The notes under the pieces are model-generated. The model was not told the DNA's origin and did not search any database. It was given only the letters and a program-made list of their open reading frames with translations. From the NCBI RefSeq assembly GCF_006345805.1, contig NC_043000.1, positions 66,836,001 through 66,900,000 on the forward strand: a stretch of DNA of 64,000 nt. The letters are read 5' to 3'. This DNA comes from Octopus sinensis (lineage: Eukaryota). Both the position numbers and the translations under genes were made by a program. The first letter of the stretch is position 1. Each line of letters starts with the position of its first letter. Below are positions 48,987 to 62,859 of this stretch, in pieces.

Positions 48987-49560
48987 TACAGGGTGCGCAA
49001 GATATTTGAGGACAGATTTAAGTTTATTAAAAAAACATATATAATAACAGATAACAAATTTATTTATCAAAAATGCTACATTTTTCTCAAAAAAACTAAT
49101 TGAAATTAATGTTTTCTTTTGACACATTCTACCAGTATACGAAGTTTCAAATTATTTAGTTAAGTAGAAAATTCTGTCCATCTTTTAGAAAAGATCCACC
49201 TTCTTTTCTATAATGTTATTCAATAAAGCCACCTTCAGCTTCAACAACTGCTTCTATATGAGATCTAAATCATCTATATGCTCGAATCAAGTGATCCTGG
49301 TTCATTTTGGACATTACTCTGACTATGGCAGCTTTCATAGAATCTTTGGTGTTATGGGTGTGTTCGTTGACTTCTCTCTCAACAGCATTCCACATGTAAT
49401 AGTCCAATGGATTGAGATCTGGGGAATTAGGAGGCCAAATGTTAGGGGTTATGTGATCATGAAAATTTTCAACCATCCATTTCTGTGTTACTAGAGCCAT
49501 GTGTGATAGTGCAGAGTCGTACTGAAACACATATGGCCTTCTATTGCATACACTGTCTAT
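48987..49560 (-). mobile_element. Tc1/mariner fragment, maT/DD37D-like, 3' part
   Basis: FQ.DSA.SH.A..TQKW...NF.D.I....WPPNSPDLNPLDYY.W. TIR-like TA|CAGGGTGCGC at ~48987. A foldback-family arm end (~49110-49197, ...GAAAAGATCC) is nested inside. Confidence 0.8.
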
Positions 49561-50649
49561 TCAGGGCTTAACAATTATTTCTGAGACTAAAACAATAATT
49601 GAATGTATGACATTTACCTAATTTGCCAATTTAAGATTCATTAATTTTCTAAGTACTACTATGCTCTTATGCGCATAGAATTTGTCCCTGTAACTAAAAA
49701 CGTTTATCATTCCTGTTCGATGTCATCACAACATCTGTTAGAAATTAAAGCTGAATCTCCCTCGAATTACATACTACCGTCTTAAAAAAACAAAAGAGAA
49801 AGAAACATATCAAAGAATTCAAATATTTATTAAGAAATGTTCTCCCTTAAAACTCCTGTTTTCAGTTAGTTATACTGCGTGTGTAAATATCTCTTACGCG
49901 AGTGAGATAAGCCTCTAGAGCATCAAACACACAATGACCATTGATAAACATACTAAAGAACTTACCAATAATTATTATTAAATAATGTCTGGGAATCCGT
50001 TACCTTTATAGGAATCTTTTGATTGATCAATGAAATCTATTTCCTATTAACATATTACTATGAAATAAGTAAATATAAAATAGATTCTCCCCCTTTCAAA
50101 GGAAAATAGATAGACCAGTCAAAAAGATACATTTGCGAATGTAGATCTCGAAATACAAAAGTTCAAGATGGTCACAAATGGAATGCCTTCGATCATAGGT
50201 CTGGCTTCCCGTATAAACAATAACAATTATTTTCACCTTAATATCACGAAACCATATCCAACTCGCAAGGAAGACTCAAGCCATTACACTCGATTACCTC
50301 TCTGCTCACGTTACCTTACATAGCGGAGGCATAACAAGTTCAACAATAATAAACAAGTCTAGGCGCATCATTTTAACCCTTTAGTGTACAAGAACAACAC
50401 GTTAAGTATTTACAGTTTCTCGAATGGAGTATCACAAGGTACTCTAACCTACTTTTTTTAAAAACCTATATGAATAGGACTTTCCCACACCTCAGAACAT
50501 ACACACAATCTCATACATATACAGATGTCTTTACATCCTTTCACAATTCATCGTATACAGCGGTTTAGGGGCGGGGGTTTAGAAGATCCTTAACCCAACA
50601 AAAATAACAGAAACCAGGTTCGACAACAGACTTAGCTGTTAAAAGTTAG

Positions 50650-51560
50650 TTTTAAAATATTTAATTTTAGCACCTATCAAATCCACTGCTTCCCCTCTTA
50701 CCAGTAACACCAGAGAACTTCAAATAAAGCCAGACTTCACATCCAACAACATAAATGTGCCACCTTCAGCCAAACTACGAGGACTTGTACGCAACACCTA
50801 ATTCCTATCGCACATAAAAAGCATTATAAATGAAAGCAAAACAATGCCCGAACATACTTAGAGTAATCATAGGGACTATGTGCGACCGACAGAAAGAAAC
50901 ATCAACAATGATGTACAAACAAATCATTAGGTCTACCGTGGATTATAAAACTGCTCAAATAATTACAGGCTGTAGAAATACCTTTCCTACAGACTATTTA
51001 TACAATGAAACAAAAATCATTAAAACTAAAATACTACTTGGATATACAACGGGCACAGATTGTTGCTGCAGCAAACTGCAATCCTGACTGTCCCTGCTGC
51101 AACATGAAAAATTATACCTAATACACCCATGCACATCTACAATACCCCGGATCAATTATCCGGTACGAAATGGCAATCATTTCTATACACTACTTAAATC
51201 ACGCACTACTCTTTTAAATAAAAAAAAAAGGTTCTATTAAACCATTAGGTCTTTTGATATATACAAAAATGACGGATGATGATATTAGACTCCTTTGAAT
51301 AACAACAACACGCTTTCTCCCTACTACACACACATACACACCCCAGCCTGAACAAACAAAACACATAGAGAAATAGTTGCGTAACCAGGGTCTAGAGAAG
51401 CTTCAAACATCGTGGAGGGATGTACACCACCAATGTTAAATGTAGATGAACAACAATTGTCGCACTTTGATCAAAGTACTTGTTGTTCGTCTCCGCCGTG
51501 TTCACCATCAAAATCTGCAGTCATGCAGAGGATCACACCTAGTTTTTTCAGTTGATTACT
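50650..51560 (+). mobile_element. Decayed I-group LINE ORF2 remnant
   Basis: NILRVIIGT....QKETSTMMYKQIIRS.VDY ... IITGC....PTDYLYNETKI. Confidence 0.55.
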
Positions 51561-52229
51561 TAAATACTACAATCAGAGCTTTCTTACAATAAGAACAATA
51601 ATACTTCGTATCTTTAAAATTTAATCGCCAGGAAGTTTTTTTTGTGATTATTGCTGCTTAAAGATTATAAAAATATTCAAGATTTTGTAATTATTGTAAA
51701 ATTCTGTAATAATATTCTTTTTCACAATATATGCATGCCACACTTTTCATTCTAATATTTCTACCGAGTGGCCTTCTTTCATCGTTTACGAATTAATAGG
51801 TATTTTTTTTTTAAATAGGTGAGAAGTTAGCGAGGTGCTTCTAAATTAGTGATATCGATGGCGTTACTGTTCAATTTGAACAGCCGGAGGGATTTTTCAG
51901 AGTTTAGTGCGAGATGTGTGTGGTGAAATATAGTAAGGAGGGAAAGAGACGGGTGTATCGTGTAGGACTATGAAGAGAAAATGTGTAGCAGGCAGAAATC
52001 GTTGTATGAGCGATAAAAGAAGCAAAATGAGGATACCACGCGTCAGCGCACCAGGAATTAATGTATAACGGTAAGCGAATATTTGCCAATAAGTCAGTCT
52101 TCTTTTGAGTGGAATATGATGCACATGTATATAACTAAGAATGCCAATATATAACAGAATCTAACTTTTGTAAACATAAAACAAGGGTATAATTGAAAGT
52201 ATACTTTCTCGGTAGAGTTACTCTATAAT

Positions 52230-54050
52230 ACTTAACTTAGACAACTTAGATTGGTTTCGGCCATTATCGGCCCAGGCCACGACTAACTCAATAGTACCAC
52301 CCGGAAAAGTCTTTTAATTAATTATTTCGGGATACCACGGACCAGTTAAACAGACAGTTGTTGTTGGCTGAAACGTATCCAGGTGTAGGTGGTTTATTCA
52401 GTATTTCCTGGGGGAATTTGTCCTGGTACCGTTTGAAAGTTGTGGCGTCTTTTTCTACTTTAATTTCTTTCGGGATAACATTGAAAAGAGCAGGACCATT
52501 AGCAGTGAAGAAATTGCGTTGCAATGTTCTTATGTGATGTGGTCTCGATCTTTGTAGGGGACGCATTGCACGGGGTCCTAGAATTTGATGAATTGTAAAC
52601 ATAATACCGATATCATTTGGATAAAATTGGTGGAATATTTTCCACATGGTGCAAATATCGTATCGTTCACAGCGGCGTTGCAGAGAATAGACTTTCAGCT
52701 GTTTAAGCCGAGCCCAATAATCAAGTCCCGTCATGCCATTTATTTTTTTAGTGATTGATCTTTGTGGTGCTTCGATCCTCATTATGTCTTTTTTTTTTTT
52801 GTAGGGGGACCACAATGGGCGGCAATATTCGAGGTGGGGCCTAACGAATGTGGATAAGAGAAGGATGGTGGTTTCATGATCCATATATTGTAAAGTTCTG
52901 AGGATCCATGAGCACATTCTGCGGGCAACATCAACTTTTTTGTTGATGTGCACACTCCAGTTAAGGTTGCTGACGACAGTTACACCTAAGTCTCTGATAT
53001 TATCCAACGGTTCAAGTAGGTTTCCCGACGGTAGTGTACATGGTTATTTGAGTGTGCCTTATTTCCAAAGTGGATGAGTTCACATTTTTCTTCGTTCAGC
53101 TGCATATTGTTTTTGTGTGCCCATTGGGTTACAGCGCATAGGTCCATCATTCGATCATATGCTCCCTTAATGACTTTCTGAAGCTTAGAGTCATCTGCAA
53201 ATATTTTAATTGTGCTATGTTCAATGGAATCTGCAATGTCATTGATTTAGATAATAAAAAGAAGTGGACCCAGCACAGTACCCTGCGGGACTCCGCTGAA
53301 AATTTTTGCTGGTCTTGAGTGGATGCCATCAACCACAACATGCTGGGTCCTGTTTGTTAAAGAATACTTGATGCATTGAAGTAGCTTTCCATCGACTCCA
53401 GTGTTGGATAGGTTCCTTAACAGTATATTGTGGTCAACTCTGTCAAAGACCTTGCTGAAATCAAGGTATATGACATCGGCGTTCCAGCCCTCACTTAGTG
53501 TATTTAAGATGTCATCAAAGTGGTGGAGGAGCTGTGTTAGACAGTTCCTCCCACTACAAAAGCCTTACGGGTTACAATTTAGGAGATGATTTTGCTCTAG
53601 GAAGGCTGTTATTCTTGATCTCAACACTCTCAAATATTTTGATGATATGTGAGGTGAATGAGAATGGACGGTAGTTTACTGGGAGCGATTTATTGCCTTT
53701 TTTAAAGATAGGAACGACTGGCTGAGAGATAAGGTTTTGAGGAATAAAACCGGCATCCAGTGATTTCCTCCAGAGATTTGCAAGAGGAGCTGCAAGTTGC
53801 TGTCTGCATACCTTCAGCACTCTAGCAGGGAACCTGTCAGCATCCACTGGTGAATCAGATTTGATTTCTTTTATTGCTGCTAGGATGTCAGTAGCGTCGA
53901 AGGTTATGTCAGAAAGGACATGCTGAAGATTCAAAGAAGCAAAGCTGCTTGAGTCAACTGAATCAGGGTCACTGAAGACAGAGCAGTATTGACTTTGCAG
54001 AATCTCAGCCATGTCTTTGGCAAAACTGTGAAGGAAGCCGTTTCCGTCAA
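52230..54050 (-). mobile_element. 5'-truncated CR1-like LINE (RT domain and C-terminus)
   Basis: IFKKGNKS.P.NYRP.S.TSHIIKIFE, YLDF.K.FD.VDH, SGVPQG.VLGPLLF, FADD, RDLGV and FVRPHLEYC.PLWSP. Confidence 0.93.
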
Positions 54051-55105
54051 CCAGATTTTTTTTCTTTTTTCTTTTTCAAAGACTAAAAAAGAATAAAATT
54101 TGAAAGGAAACATTACTTTCAAATTTTGGCACAAGACAAATTCGAAAGAGGGGGCAAGTCGATAACATGAATTATTCAACCCCTTAACAAAGTTTGCAAC
54201 AATCTGTGTTAGCAGAAGCGATTTGAAGGACATGAAATTATAACAATTAGATATTTCCACTGTATTCTTGTCTCTTTTCATCGTTGTGTTCAATTTTTCT
54301 TTCCTATTTTTGTCTTTTTCGTCTATAGATGTTAACAATTGATACAATTTCTTATTTTCTTTTTACAGAAGAATTGTGAAAATAAAGCAGAATAGTTTAG
54401 AAGTGTCTTTCTTTATTAAAATTTTTTTTTTCATCATTTGTACACTCTTTTATTCAGAATGGGTCTCGTTTGATTTTACATAATTCACTTTATTATTTTG
54501 CAAAAAGCACGAACACTATGACTTTTCATTTGCTCCTTTAATAAAACGACAGTACTTCCTCCTGGTCAAATGAAACCAATATATCACGTACATATGAATG
54601 GATTCATGTCTATGAAGTCGTTCTCAAAATTTATGTTGCTGTTCAAAGTTCTTTCAGTCCATGTGAAATTATATCTAAATACTTTAAAACTGGCTCAGTG
54701 GAAATTTCGACAGATTAAACTCTAGATTCTTATTATGAAAAAATAATATATATTTTGGAACGCTATTTATTTGTACTCTCTTTAGCTACTATGTCAATGT
54801 ATCAGTGTTACGATCTAGAAGAAACTAGAGTATATAAGCAAAGGTAGCCATTGACATGATCTAGGGAAATTTTAAAAAATTAGTTCATATTTGGTGGTTC
54901 ACAATATATCAGCGTGATGGCGTTCACTTTCGATTACATTTCCATGCAACTGGTGTACTTAAGAATCTCTCCGACTTCCATCAGTCATCCTTTGGAATTG
55001 TGGGTCTCAATCTTTTTGACTTCGTTTCGCATTGGAAATCAAATGAAAAAGAAGTTTAAATCTATTTATTTTTTAAATATAGGGAAAACTACGACTTATT
55101 TTGTT

Positions 55106-55300
55106 CTTTTAATCATACATGTGCAAAGGCGTTGAGCTGGCAGAAGCGTTAGTACGCCAGGCAAAATGTTTGCGGTATTTCGTCCGTCTTTACGTTCTGG
55201 GTTAAAAATTCTACTGAGTTCGACTTTGCCTCAGTTGAGCACTGGGGTTGATATAATCGACTTATCCCTTCCCTTAAATTGCTAGCTTTGTGCCAAATAT
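55106..55300 (+). mobile_element. SINE (20537 family), internally deleted
   Basis: GGCGTTGAGCTGGCAGAAGCGTTAG...GCGGTATTTCGTCCGTCTTTACGTTCTG. Confidence 0.75.
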
Positions 55301-55644
55301 TGAAGCCAATCATACTTATGCATATCAAAATGTATAAATTATCAAGCAGCAATGCTGTCCGAAGTAAAATAAATTCATTTTTGCATCATCTACGACTCAC
55401 TAAAAGAGAGCATATAACTAGAATGAAATTCTCACTTTTTGTCATCTTTCAATCATCCATCTCTTTCTAACTGTTTCAATTCTTTATTCTGTTTGCAGCG
55501 GTTTCTTCATATTTAAAACATTTTTTTCTTTACAAATACAAAATGCTACTTTTTAAAACTTGAAGTAGCATGATTAGACGCGGAGACTGATTAATAGAGC
55601 CTTCATATTGAAAATACACTGAACAGCTGAACATCACTTTTAAG

Positions 55645-55767
55645 TGTATGTATATGTATATGTGTGTGTGTATGTATGTATGTATGTATGTATGTATGTA
55701 TGTATGTATGTATGTATGTATGTAGGCATACATACACACACACACGCACACACACACATACACACAT

Positions 55768-55800
<33 letters not shown>

Positions 55801-55802
55801 AT

Positions 55803-55895
<93 letters not shown>
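55645..55895. repeat. Compound (TATG)n/(CA)n/(TA)n microsatellite
   Basis: Directly visible. Confidence 0.97.
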
Positions 55896-55898
<3 letters not shown>

Positions 55899-57081
55899 AG
55901 AAGTATGGTATAGTTGTCAGAACAATCAGGAATTAAAAGAGAAGAAAAAGGACAAGTAAAATGTAGTTGCCTTTGAACTCAACACATTTGTCTTTACTTC
56001 TTTGTCATTGATTTTCGCACAAGTTTAATCCCCCAACACACACATAACAGAACAGTTTATTGATATTCTTACACAGATCTCCAAAGTTACTCAAAACAAC
56101 AATTGCTTTAAGCGATTTGATTGTACGTATTTACCTGGTGTTCTGAATAAGATGTCAGTTCCGACATGCACATAAACACGACTCTGATAATGATTTATAA
56201 CTTATAACAGTTAAGAATCCTTATAAGTTAGAAATGTTGACATTAGAAACCATTAATAGAACAGCTTATATGTATACATCGGAACTGATAACATATTCGT
56301 TTGACAATCTACGATGGCGAAGGTGTAATAAGAAATCGCCTTTGCTAAATGCGAACAATTTTAATCAATGTCTGCTTGTGAAGACTGAGAAGTGATGATG
56401 CGTTGTTATCAACAACGAATCAGCGGATGTTCCAAGGACAGTGGCTGAAAAAGCAATCTAGAATAAAATGTCAGATAAGAGACACATTGTGTTCAATATT
56501 TTAATGATTTATTTAGGTGTCTTACAGCAAAGTTTTGCGATACACTTTTTATGCATCTCTCAGTACCATGCTGTTTGATATTAATTGACATCTAAGCCAA
56601 TTTTTACTTTTATTGTTTGTTATGATGTTGCTAGCTTATGAAACACCTATACGAATCAATAACACGTAAGAGTATTTACAGCAGCAGTCAACCATAACGA
56701 TTAACGTTTCATTTGTTCCCAAGACTACAAAACACTGACTTTATCATACGTCAATGGTAACTATATCAGTTATTGCTTTTCTTGTTTGTAGGACAACAGA
56801 AAAAAGGAAAAAAATCTATACAAATAAATTGTGAAGTGAAAGTTTCTCCAATTGTCTTAATGACTTGATGCTTGGACACAAAAATATGTACTTGGTTTGT
56901 AGACCTCATATTTTAGTGGTACACCTCATATTTTAGTGGTTTAAATATTTTATGGAGTTGTAAATGTGTTGTAAATTCCAACTTACTACTGGCAAATCTA
57001 ACCGACGTCGCTCAAACTGAATAAAATATATTGATATACGGGCTGTCCTATAATGCTTATATTATATTTGTTGTTTTAGAT

Positions 57082-57593
57082 CAGGGGTGGGGAAACTCCC
57101 GCCCACGGGCGATTGCGCCCTCGAGCACATTTTATTGCACTTGCAGCCCGATATACTCGTATGTACAAAATATAATGAATTTTTCAATTATAAAATTTAC
57201 ATAATATTCATATGCCTATTTGCGACATAGGTTGCGTTTCCACTACGACTTAAAACAGGTAGACTCAAACAGAAATCGTCCAGTAATTGCCATTTGAATA
57301 GAAATTTTGTATTCTCTATAAAACACATATTGCTAGGTTTGTACCATCCCCTTCAGATCCAACTACACTCTAGCTGAAAAATAGAGAATACCGCATAAGT
57401 AAAATAAACGTTCTAAATTCAGTGGTGGTGTTAATGAAGATGTTATGTGTTAAACTTATGTTTATTAATGTATATCGAATTATACATAGATGTATACAAG
57501 ATTTACACAGATGTAAGAGTTAGTGCTTGTGGTCTGCCCGCAGACCTTTTTCACTGGAAATTTTTGCCCGCCCCACTAAGTTTCCCATCCCTG
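57082..57593. mobile_element. hAT (Charlie-like) MITE
   Basis: CAGGGGTGGGGAAACT ... AGTTTCCCATCCCTG. TSD TTTTAGAT/TTTTATAT (7 of 8). Confidence 0.85.
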
Positions 57594-59269
57594 TTTTATA
57601 TCCATATTCCTTAACTAACATGAGTGGTAAGGACATTTTCATGTTTCAGTTGTTTACTCTAATGTAAGCTCTATGTAAGCAGAGCTATGATGAAAAAGCG
57701 TTCAAACCAGGGCTAACTAGTCTTTATTTTGGGTAGTGTACCTAGGACTGTGTTATACGATGTTCCTCTTTTTAAAGACTGGTAAAATATGATTTGAGGT
57801 GATTTAACCTGCTATTTCTAGTAGTCTGATTGACTAGGTTATGGGCTCTTAATTTGAGTAAGTGTTAACAGTGATATACTTTTCCTAGAGATAAAAGATG
57901 TTGAATATCATCAGTTGCCAGCGACTCAGCTTCGGAATAATATTGTTTGCATTGGAAACGGAGAAACTTTTTGGTTTACTAGAAATAGACTTTAAATCTC
58001 CTTCTCTCAAATTGCACTCTACCATCTCATACAAGGAGAAGCCATGTTAAATAGTGTTGTCCTAAAAAGAGAAAATGATCATGGCTGGAATGCCTTTGAT
58101 CATAATTCTATTCGATCAGGGGTGAGACCTAGAACTAAGCAACAAAAGCAACATGGGATGCAACAAGTTTTAAATCATAGGTAAACTGGCAGAATCGTTA
58201 AGGGAGTCACACAACTTTGCTTTCAACTTTCTGGTTGGAACTGATGATATTAAATGCTAGATATTCTTAAAATACACCCGAGATGTGAATGGAATTGTGA
58301 AAGAAGCACAAGAAGGAACTAATAGCAGAGGACTTTAAACCAACAGCTTTTGTGCTTATTAAAATATAAATCACAAAAGATTCTTTAGGAAGAGTCCTAC
58401 TAAACGTTGAATTACTGTTACCGTACATAACTCGTGTATAAGTCGAATTTTTTAGACCATTTTTAAGGTCAATTTATGGGGTCGAGTTTTGATATATAGG
58501 TACTACTTCTGAGAGGCTGAAAATGAAGCTAGAATCCGAAGTACCGTATAAGCAGCAGAAACCCAACTGATTTCTAAGCGAATAAAAACAAAAGCACAAT
58601 GAATTACAGTAATATTACCAATTCTATGCATTAAAACACGTCCGAGTAAATAACCGCGTAGCTCTTATAAATATTTACACTTTCTCTTTTATTTGTATCC
58701 ATCATACTTAACAGACTAGCTGAGTGAAGTCAATTTATATCACATAATTATATTACATTACCACCTGTAACATATCCACCCGGTACCGGCATGCCACTAC
58801 CTACCGTAAATATGGTACATACATCTGATACCTACTCGGTGTGTTTGATGTCGTAACTCTTCAATAACGTTACACTGTGTTTATATTCATAGTTAAAGTC
58901 ACACTCATCACAAGTGTATTACGGCACAGTATATTAGTGATGCATTTTTATTTCTAATTAATTAAATGCGAAAACTAATAAAAGAAGTAGAAGCACAACA
59001 CCACTTTTCATCACCAACAGTCTCCACCGATAACGTTTTCTTCTTCGTAGCTGGGTTAGAGACTACCGTACCAATTTCTGTGCTGTATTTTTATTTTTTA
59101 TAAATTCAGTGAAGCTTAAGGCCCAAAATATAAAACAAATATCAAAATAATTAATAATGTCAATAAAAACCAATAAATTACCAATTTTTTATTTATGCCA
59201 ACAAAAAGTGAAGTAGAAATTTACGGTAATACAGCTTTAAATTAAAATTATGGTACATGGTATTTTACA

Positions 59270-60590
59270 TACAAGAGTTCATTAAAATATTTAAAAAATC
59301 AAGCTGTTCATCATCTTCAGCACTGAATAAAGCTTCATAATTATCAAGATGAATGATATCACCATAACGATTATCTTCATCTTTGCTGTCCATAGTTAGA
59401 GGCAGCACATCATCCACTTCTTCGTCATCCATGTCATCCCATAGACAATAGACTTCTATATCATCCAATGCATTCGAAATTCCACATTTCTTGAATGATC
59501 TTTTCAACTTTTATTTCCTTCTATGAATCAACTATCACATATCAGAGGTAGTAATGGAGTTCGCATACTACCTCCTTTCGTGTACGTTTTTTCTCCATCA
59601 CGCATCCAGTTATTCCACTTGATTCTCATCATGGTCTTAAATTGCTTATTGATACTAACATCTAATGGCTACAAAACACTTATAAGTCCACCGGGAATTA
59701 CAGCTATATCAGTATCTTGTGATTGGAGGCTATCAACAACATTCTTCACTAGATGTGTCCCAAACTGATCCCACACGAGCAAACTTTTCCTTTCGTAGTC
59801 CACCGGGTCGTAAATTCCAAACTCCCTTTATCCATTTTCTACATCCACCTTCATCCATCCATGTGGATGCACATAGATGACAATTCCTTTTGGAAATTTC
59901 TCCTTCGGCACTGTTTTTCTCTTAAAAACAAACATCGGTTTTAATTTAGTACCATCAGCCATACATGAAAGAACTAAAGTAACCTTACTTTTCTCGTGGC
60001 CAGTGGTTCTCGTGAACTCTGTTTTTTCTCTTTTTTGATTCACAGTCCGATTCTCTGGTATGTCAAGAGTAACAGGCGTTTTGGTCCATGTTCCCAATAC
60101 ATGATAAGGCATACCCCTCTTTCTGCTAATTTCTAATTACAAACCGATGAAACTCTATTATCTTATCGTCTAGATCAGCAGGCAACTTATGTGCGATCTT
60201 AGTTCTCTGCCGAAGAACTAAGTTGTAACGCCTCATGCACCCAGTGACCATCCAGCACTTGCTTTAAAATCTGCAATTCCATCTTATTTGATTCTTTTCG
60301 TGCATGTATTCGGATGGCTTCACGAGCAACGCACTTCTCATTTTGACGATTTTTCAAGTACCCACTCTGCAACTTTTTTTCTTCAATTGTGGCCACGGGC
60401 AAGGTTTTCCTCTGTTATCACATTTTCTTTTTGGCATTGTCTGAAGTTTGTTAGATATCTTTCTCCAGTCTCTCACAAGTTTCTCTGAAACCCAAAATTC
60501 TTTTGCTGCTACACAGTAATTTGTCTTCTCAGCAACTTCAATAACTTTTAGTTTAAATGATGCTGTATATTTGTTTTATCTGGAGGACAT
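59270..60590 (-). pseudogene. pogo transposase pseudogene (Brinker-type DBD, CENP-B HTH, DDE_1)
   Basis: YTASFKLKVIEVAE....AAKEF.VSEKLVRDWRK; TTGHEKSKVTLVLSCMADGTKLKPMFVFK; LLVWDQF..H; IPGG.ISVL.PLDVSINKQFK; SFKKCGISNALD. Confidence 0.9.
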
Positions 60591-61214
60591 TTTTACGTAA
60601 AATGACGGAGAAATTTTGAACCCTCAACTATACGACTGTATTCCACGGATGTTATACAGAAACTGAGGTCAGCTGAATTGCAAGGAGATATTATGAACCG
60701 ACTCTGACCTTATATTTAAAAATTTTCACGCCAAATTCTTTCATTGCCCTCTGTTTTTTCATCTACTTTTTCTATGTTTAAATTGCCATAGCATTTTAAG
60801 CTATTTTTCTCGATAAAAGTTATCAGTTTGACTCCAATACAGTTCAACAGATCCTTGTAGCAGAGAGGAATCGTCAAAAGCTGCACGTCATATCGAATCC
60901 TGCATTAAAGCAGAAAAGAATAACGGTACAAATTATGTTATGCCATGAACTAAGAGCTGTAATAAAAAATAGATCAGTATGAAACTTACAGTAATATTAT
61001 AACGTTAATGTATTTCGGCCTAGGTGGTATCGTATTCACGCTCACGATGTTGCTATTTCCTGGAATGCGTTCGTCATACGATTCTTATAAGGTAAACAGT
61101 GTATCGTGTTCTGTGCATATGTTGTCCTTCACAGACATGAAAAAAATGTTGCAGTATGTCATTTACAATTACCAGTAAATGTCCGTAATATGGTGTAGAG
61201 TTATTAATCTGGAG

Positions 61215-61336
61215 AAGGGATTCCTAAAGTGTGTTCTGCAAAACACCAGGGTTCACTGAAAGTTATTAAGAGTACCACATTTTAAAGATTAATCCCGAAG
61301 GATTCCGCGGTAAAAAAAAAAGTTTGAGAACCACTG
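61215..61336. mobile_element. Short hAT-like MITE inside the pogo element
   Basis: Right end GTTTGAGAACCACTG, left end AAGGGATTCC. Flanks ATCTGGAG/ATCTAGCG (6 of 8). Confidence 0.5.
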
Positions 61337-62399
61337 ATCTAGCGATTAACTAAATGTGTTTAGGCTTACCGAAGTCATACCTCTGTACGAATACATACAG
61401 TGGTTTTTGCTGTTGTTCAACGATAGTGCTGTGTGTGAAATACGTTTCTCAGCATATAAACAGATGAACGTATGTTTATTGCACTTGGAGATGAGGAAAA
61501 TATAAAGATCGCACGGAAACCACTGATCTAGCGATTAATTGAATGTTTTTAGGCTTACCAAAGTCATGGCTTTGTACGAATTCAAACAGTAGCGTTTGCC
61601 AGTGTTCGCCAAAAGTGTTGTTTGTGAAACACATTTCTCGCCATGTAAACAACGAATGTATGACGCATGTGTTTATTGAGCTTGAAGATGTATGCAGGCA
61701 TGCAGCATATCCTGTGAATACATTTTAGTAATGGTGATGTAGCAACCATCAACAGATGTGTCGTGCGTGCTATTAAATGGTATTTTACTATAAGCACCGA
61801 ACATTTCATTATACGTACCAAGCATTCCACCTATAGAGCAGGCTACAGTAAGTTAATCACACAAGTTTATAAAAGTGTTATTTCAACGTACAAGATAATA
61901 CGGTGCCTTGACCCACAAATACTGTCCTGCTGTTCGTAAAATACTAGGGTCGACTTTTATGCGGGGTCTGTGGAAAATTCTCAATTTTTGGCCAAAAATA
62001 GAGGGTCGTCTTTTACATGAGATCGACTTAATTATACTCAGTACTTTGAAGAACTGTATGGAAGGAAATATTATCTTGGTTTTGAAAGAAAATTTGAGGA
62101 GATTTTTTACGTTGAAAGAATGGATAGGATAAGGAAAGATATGAAATCACTGTGAATTTCTAAAGGAAGCAGCAATAGAAAGTAATGTTTACTCATAAAA
62201 ATAGAAAGTAATGTTTACTCATAAAAATCAAAGTCAAGAAGAAATACCTAAAAATGGAAGAAATGAAACTGTGTAGAAAGAGGAAAACTTGTAACCAACT
62301 TATTATAATTAAGAAATAATTGGGTACTTGATTTTATGCATATGATACTTAAATATTGTTTGAAAGAATAATACTTTCTACAGGAAATATAAGGCCTCA

Positions 62400-62730
62400 A
62401 ATTTGGGGGAAGGGATTAAGACCCCGAAAGGATGAAAGCAAAAATCAACCCCGGCGGAATTTGAACTCAGAACGTAGCTGCAGACGAAATACCTATTTTT
62501 TTACTACCCACAAGGGACTAAACACAGAGAGGACAAACAAGGACAGACAATCGTATTAAGTCGATTACATCGACCCCAGTGCGTAACTGGTACTTAATTT
62601 ATCGACCCCGAAGGGATGAAAGGCAAAGTCGACCTCGGCGGAATTTGAACTCAGAACGTAGCGGCAGACGAAATACCGCTACGCATTTCGCCCGGCGTGC
62701 TTACGATTCTGCCAGCTCCCCGCCTTATTG
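62400..62730 (-). mobile_element. SINE (20537 family) with a partially duplicated head
   Basis: GGCGGAATTTGAACTCAGAACGTAGC.GCAGACGAAATACC occurs at ~62452 and ~62637. Confidence 0.8.
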
Positions 62731-62859
62731 CTTGAAAGAATAATGTCGACGAAAGGTTTAGGGAAAAAAAATATTGCAGTTGCGCCATTAATTTTTTTTT
62801 GAAAATGTAAGAAATTGGATGTGTTAAGTTTGGCTCACAGATTTTTTTAATTAATTTTT

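Larger units (their letters stand above)
58421..62045 (-). mobile_element. pogo-family DNA transposon with nested inserts
   Basis: TA|CCGTACATAACTCGTGTATAAGTCGA at left, degenerate GATCGACTT..TATACTC.GTA at ~62020-62045. Transposase lies inside. Confidence 0.65.

Noticed and set aside
53931-54347. 138-aa minus-strand ORF upstream of the CR1
   Set aside because: Low-complexity, no recognisable motif, weak splice signals, and it runs into the CR1 boundary.
56000-57000. Unique-looking non-repetitive stretch, a possible enhancer or exon
   Set aside because: No ORF, structure or motif cluster that I can support from sequence alone.
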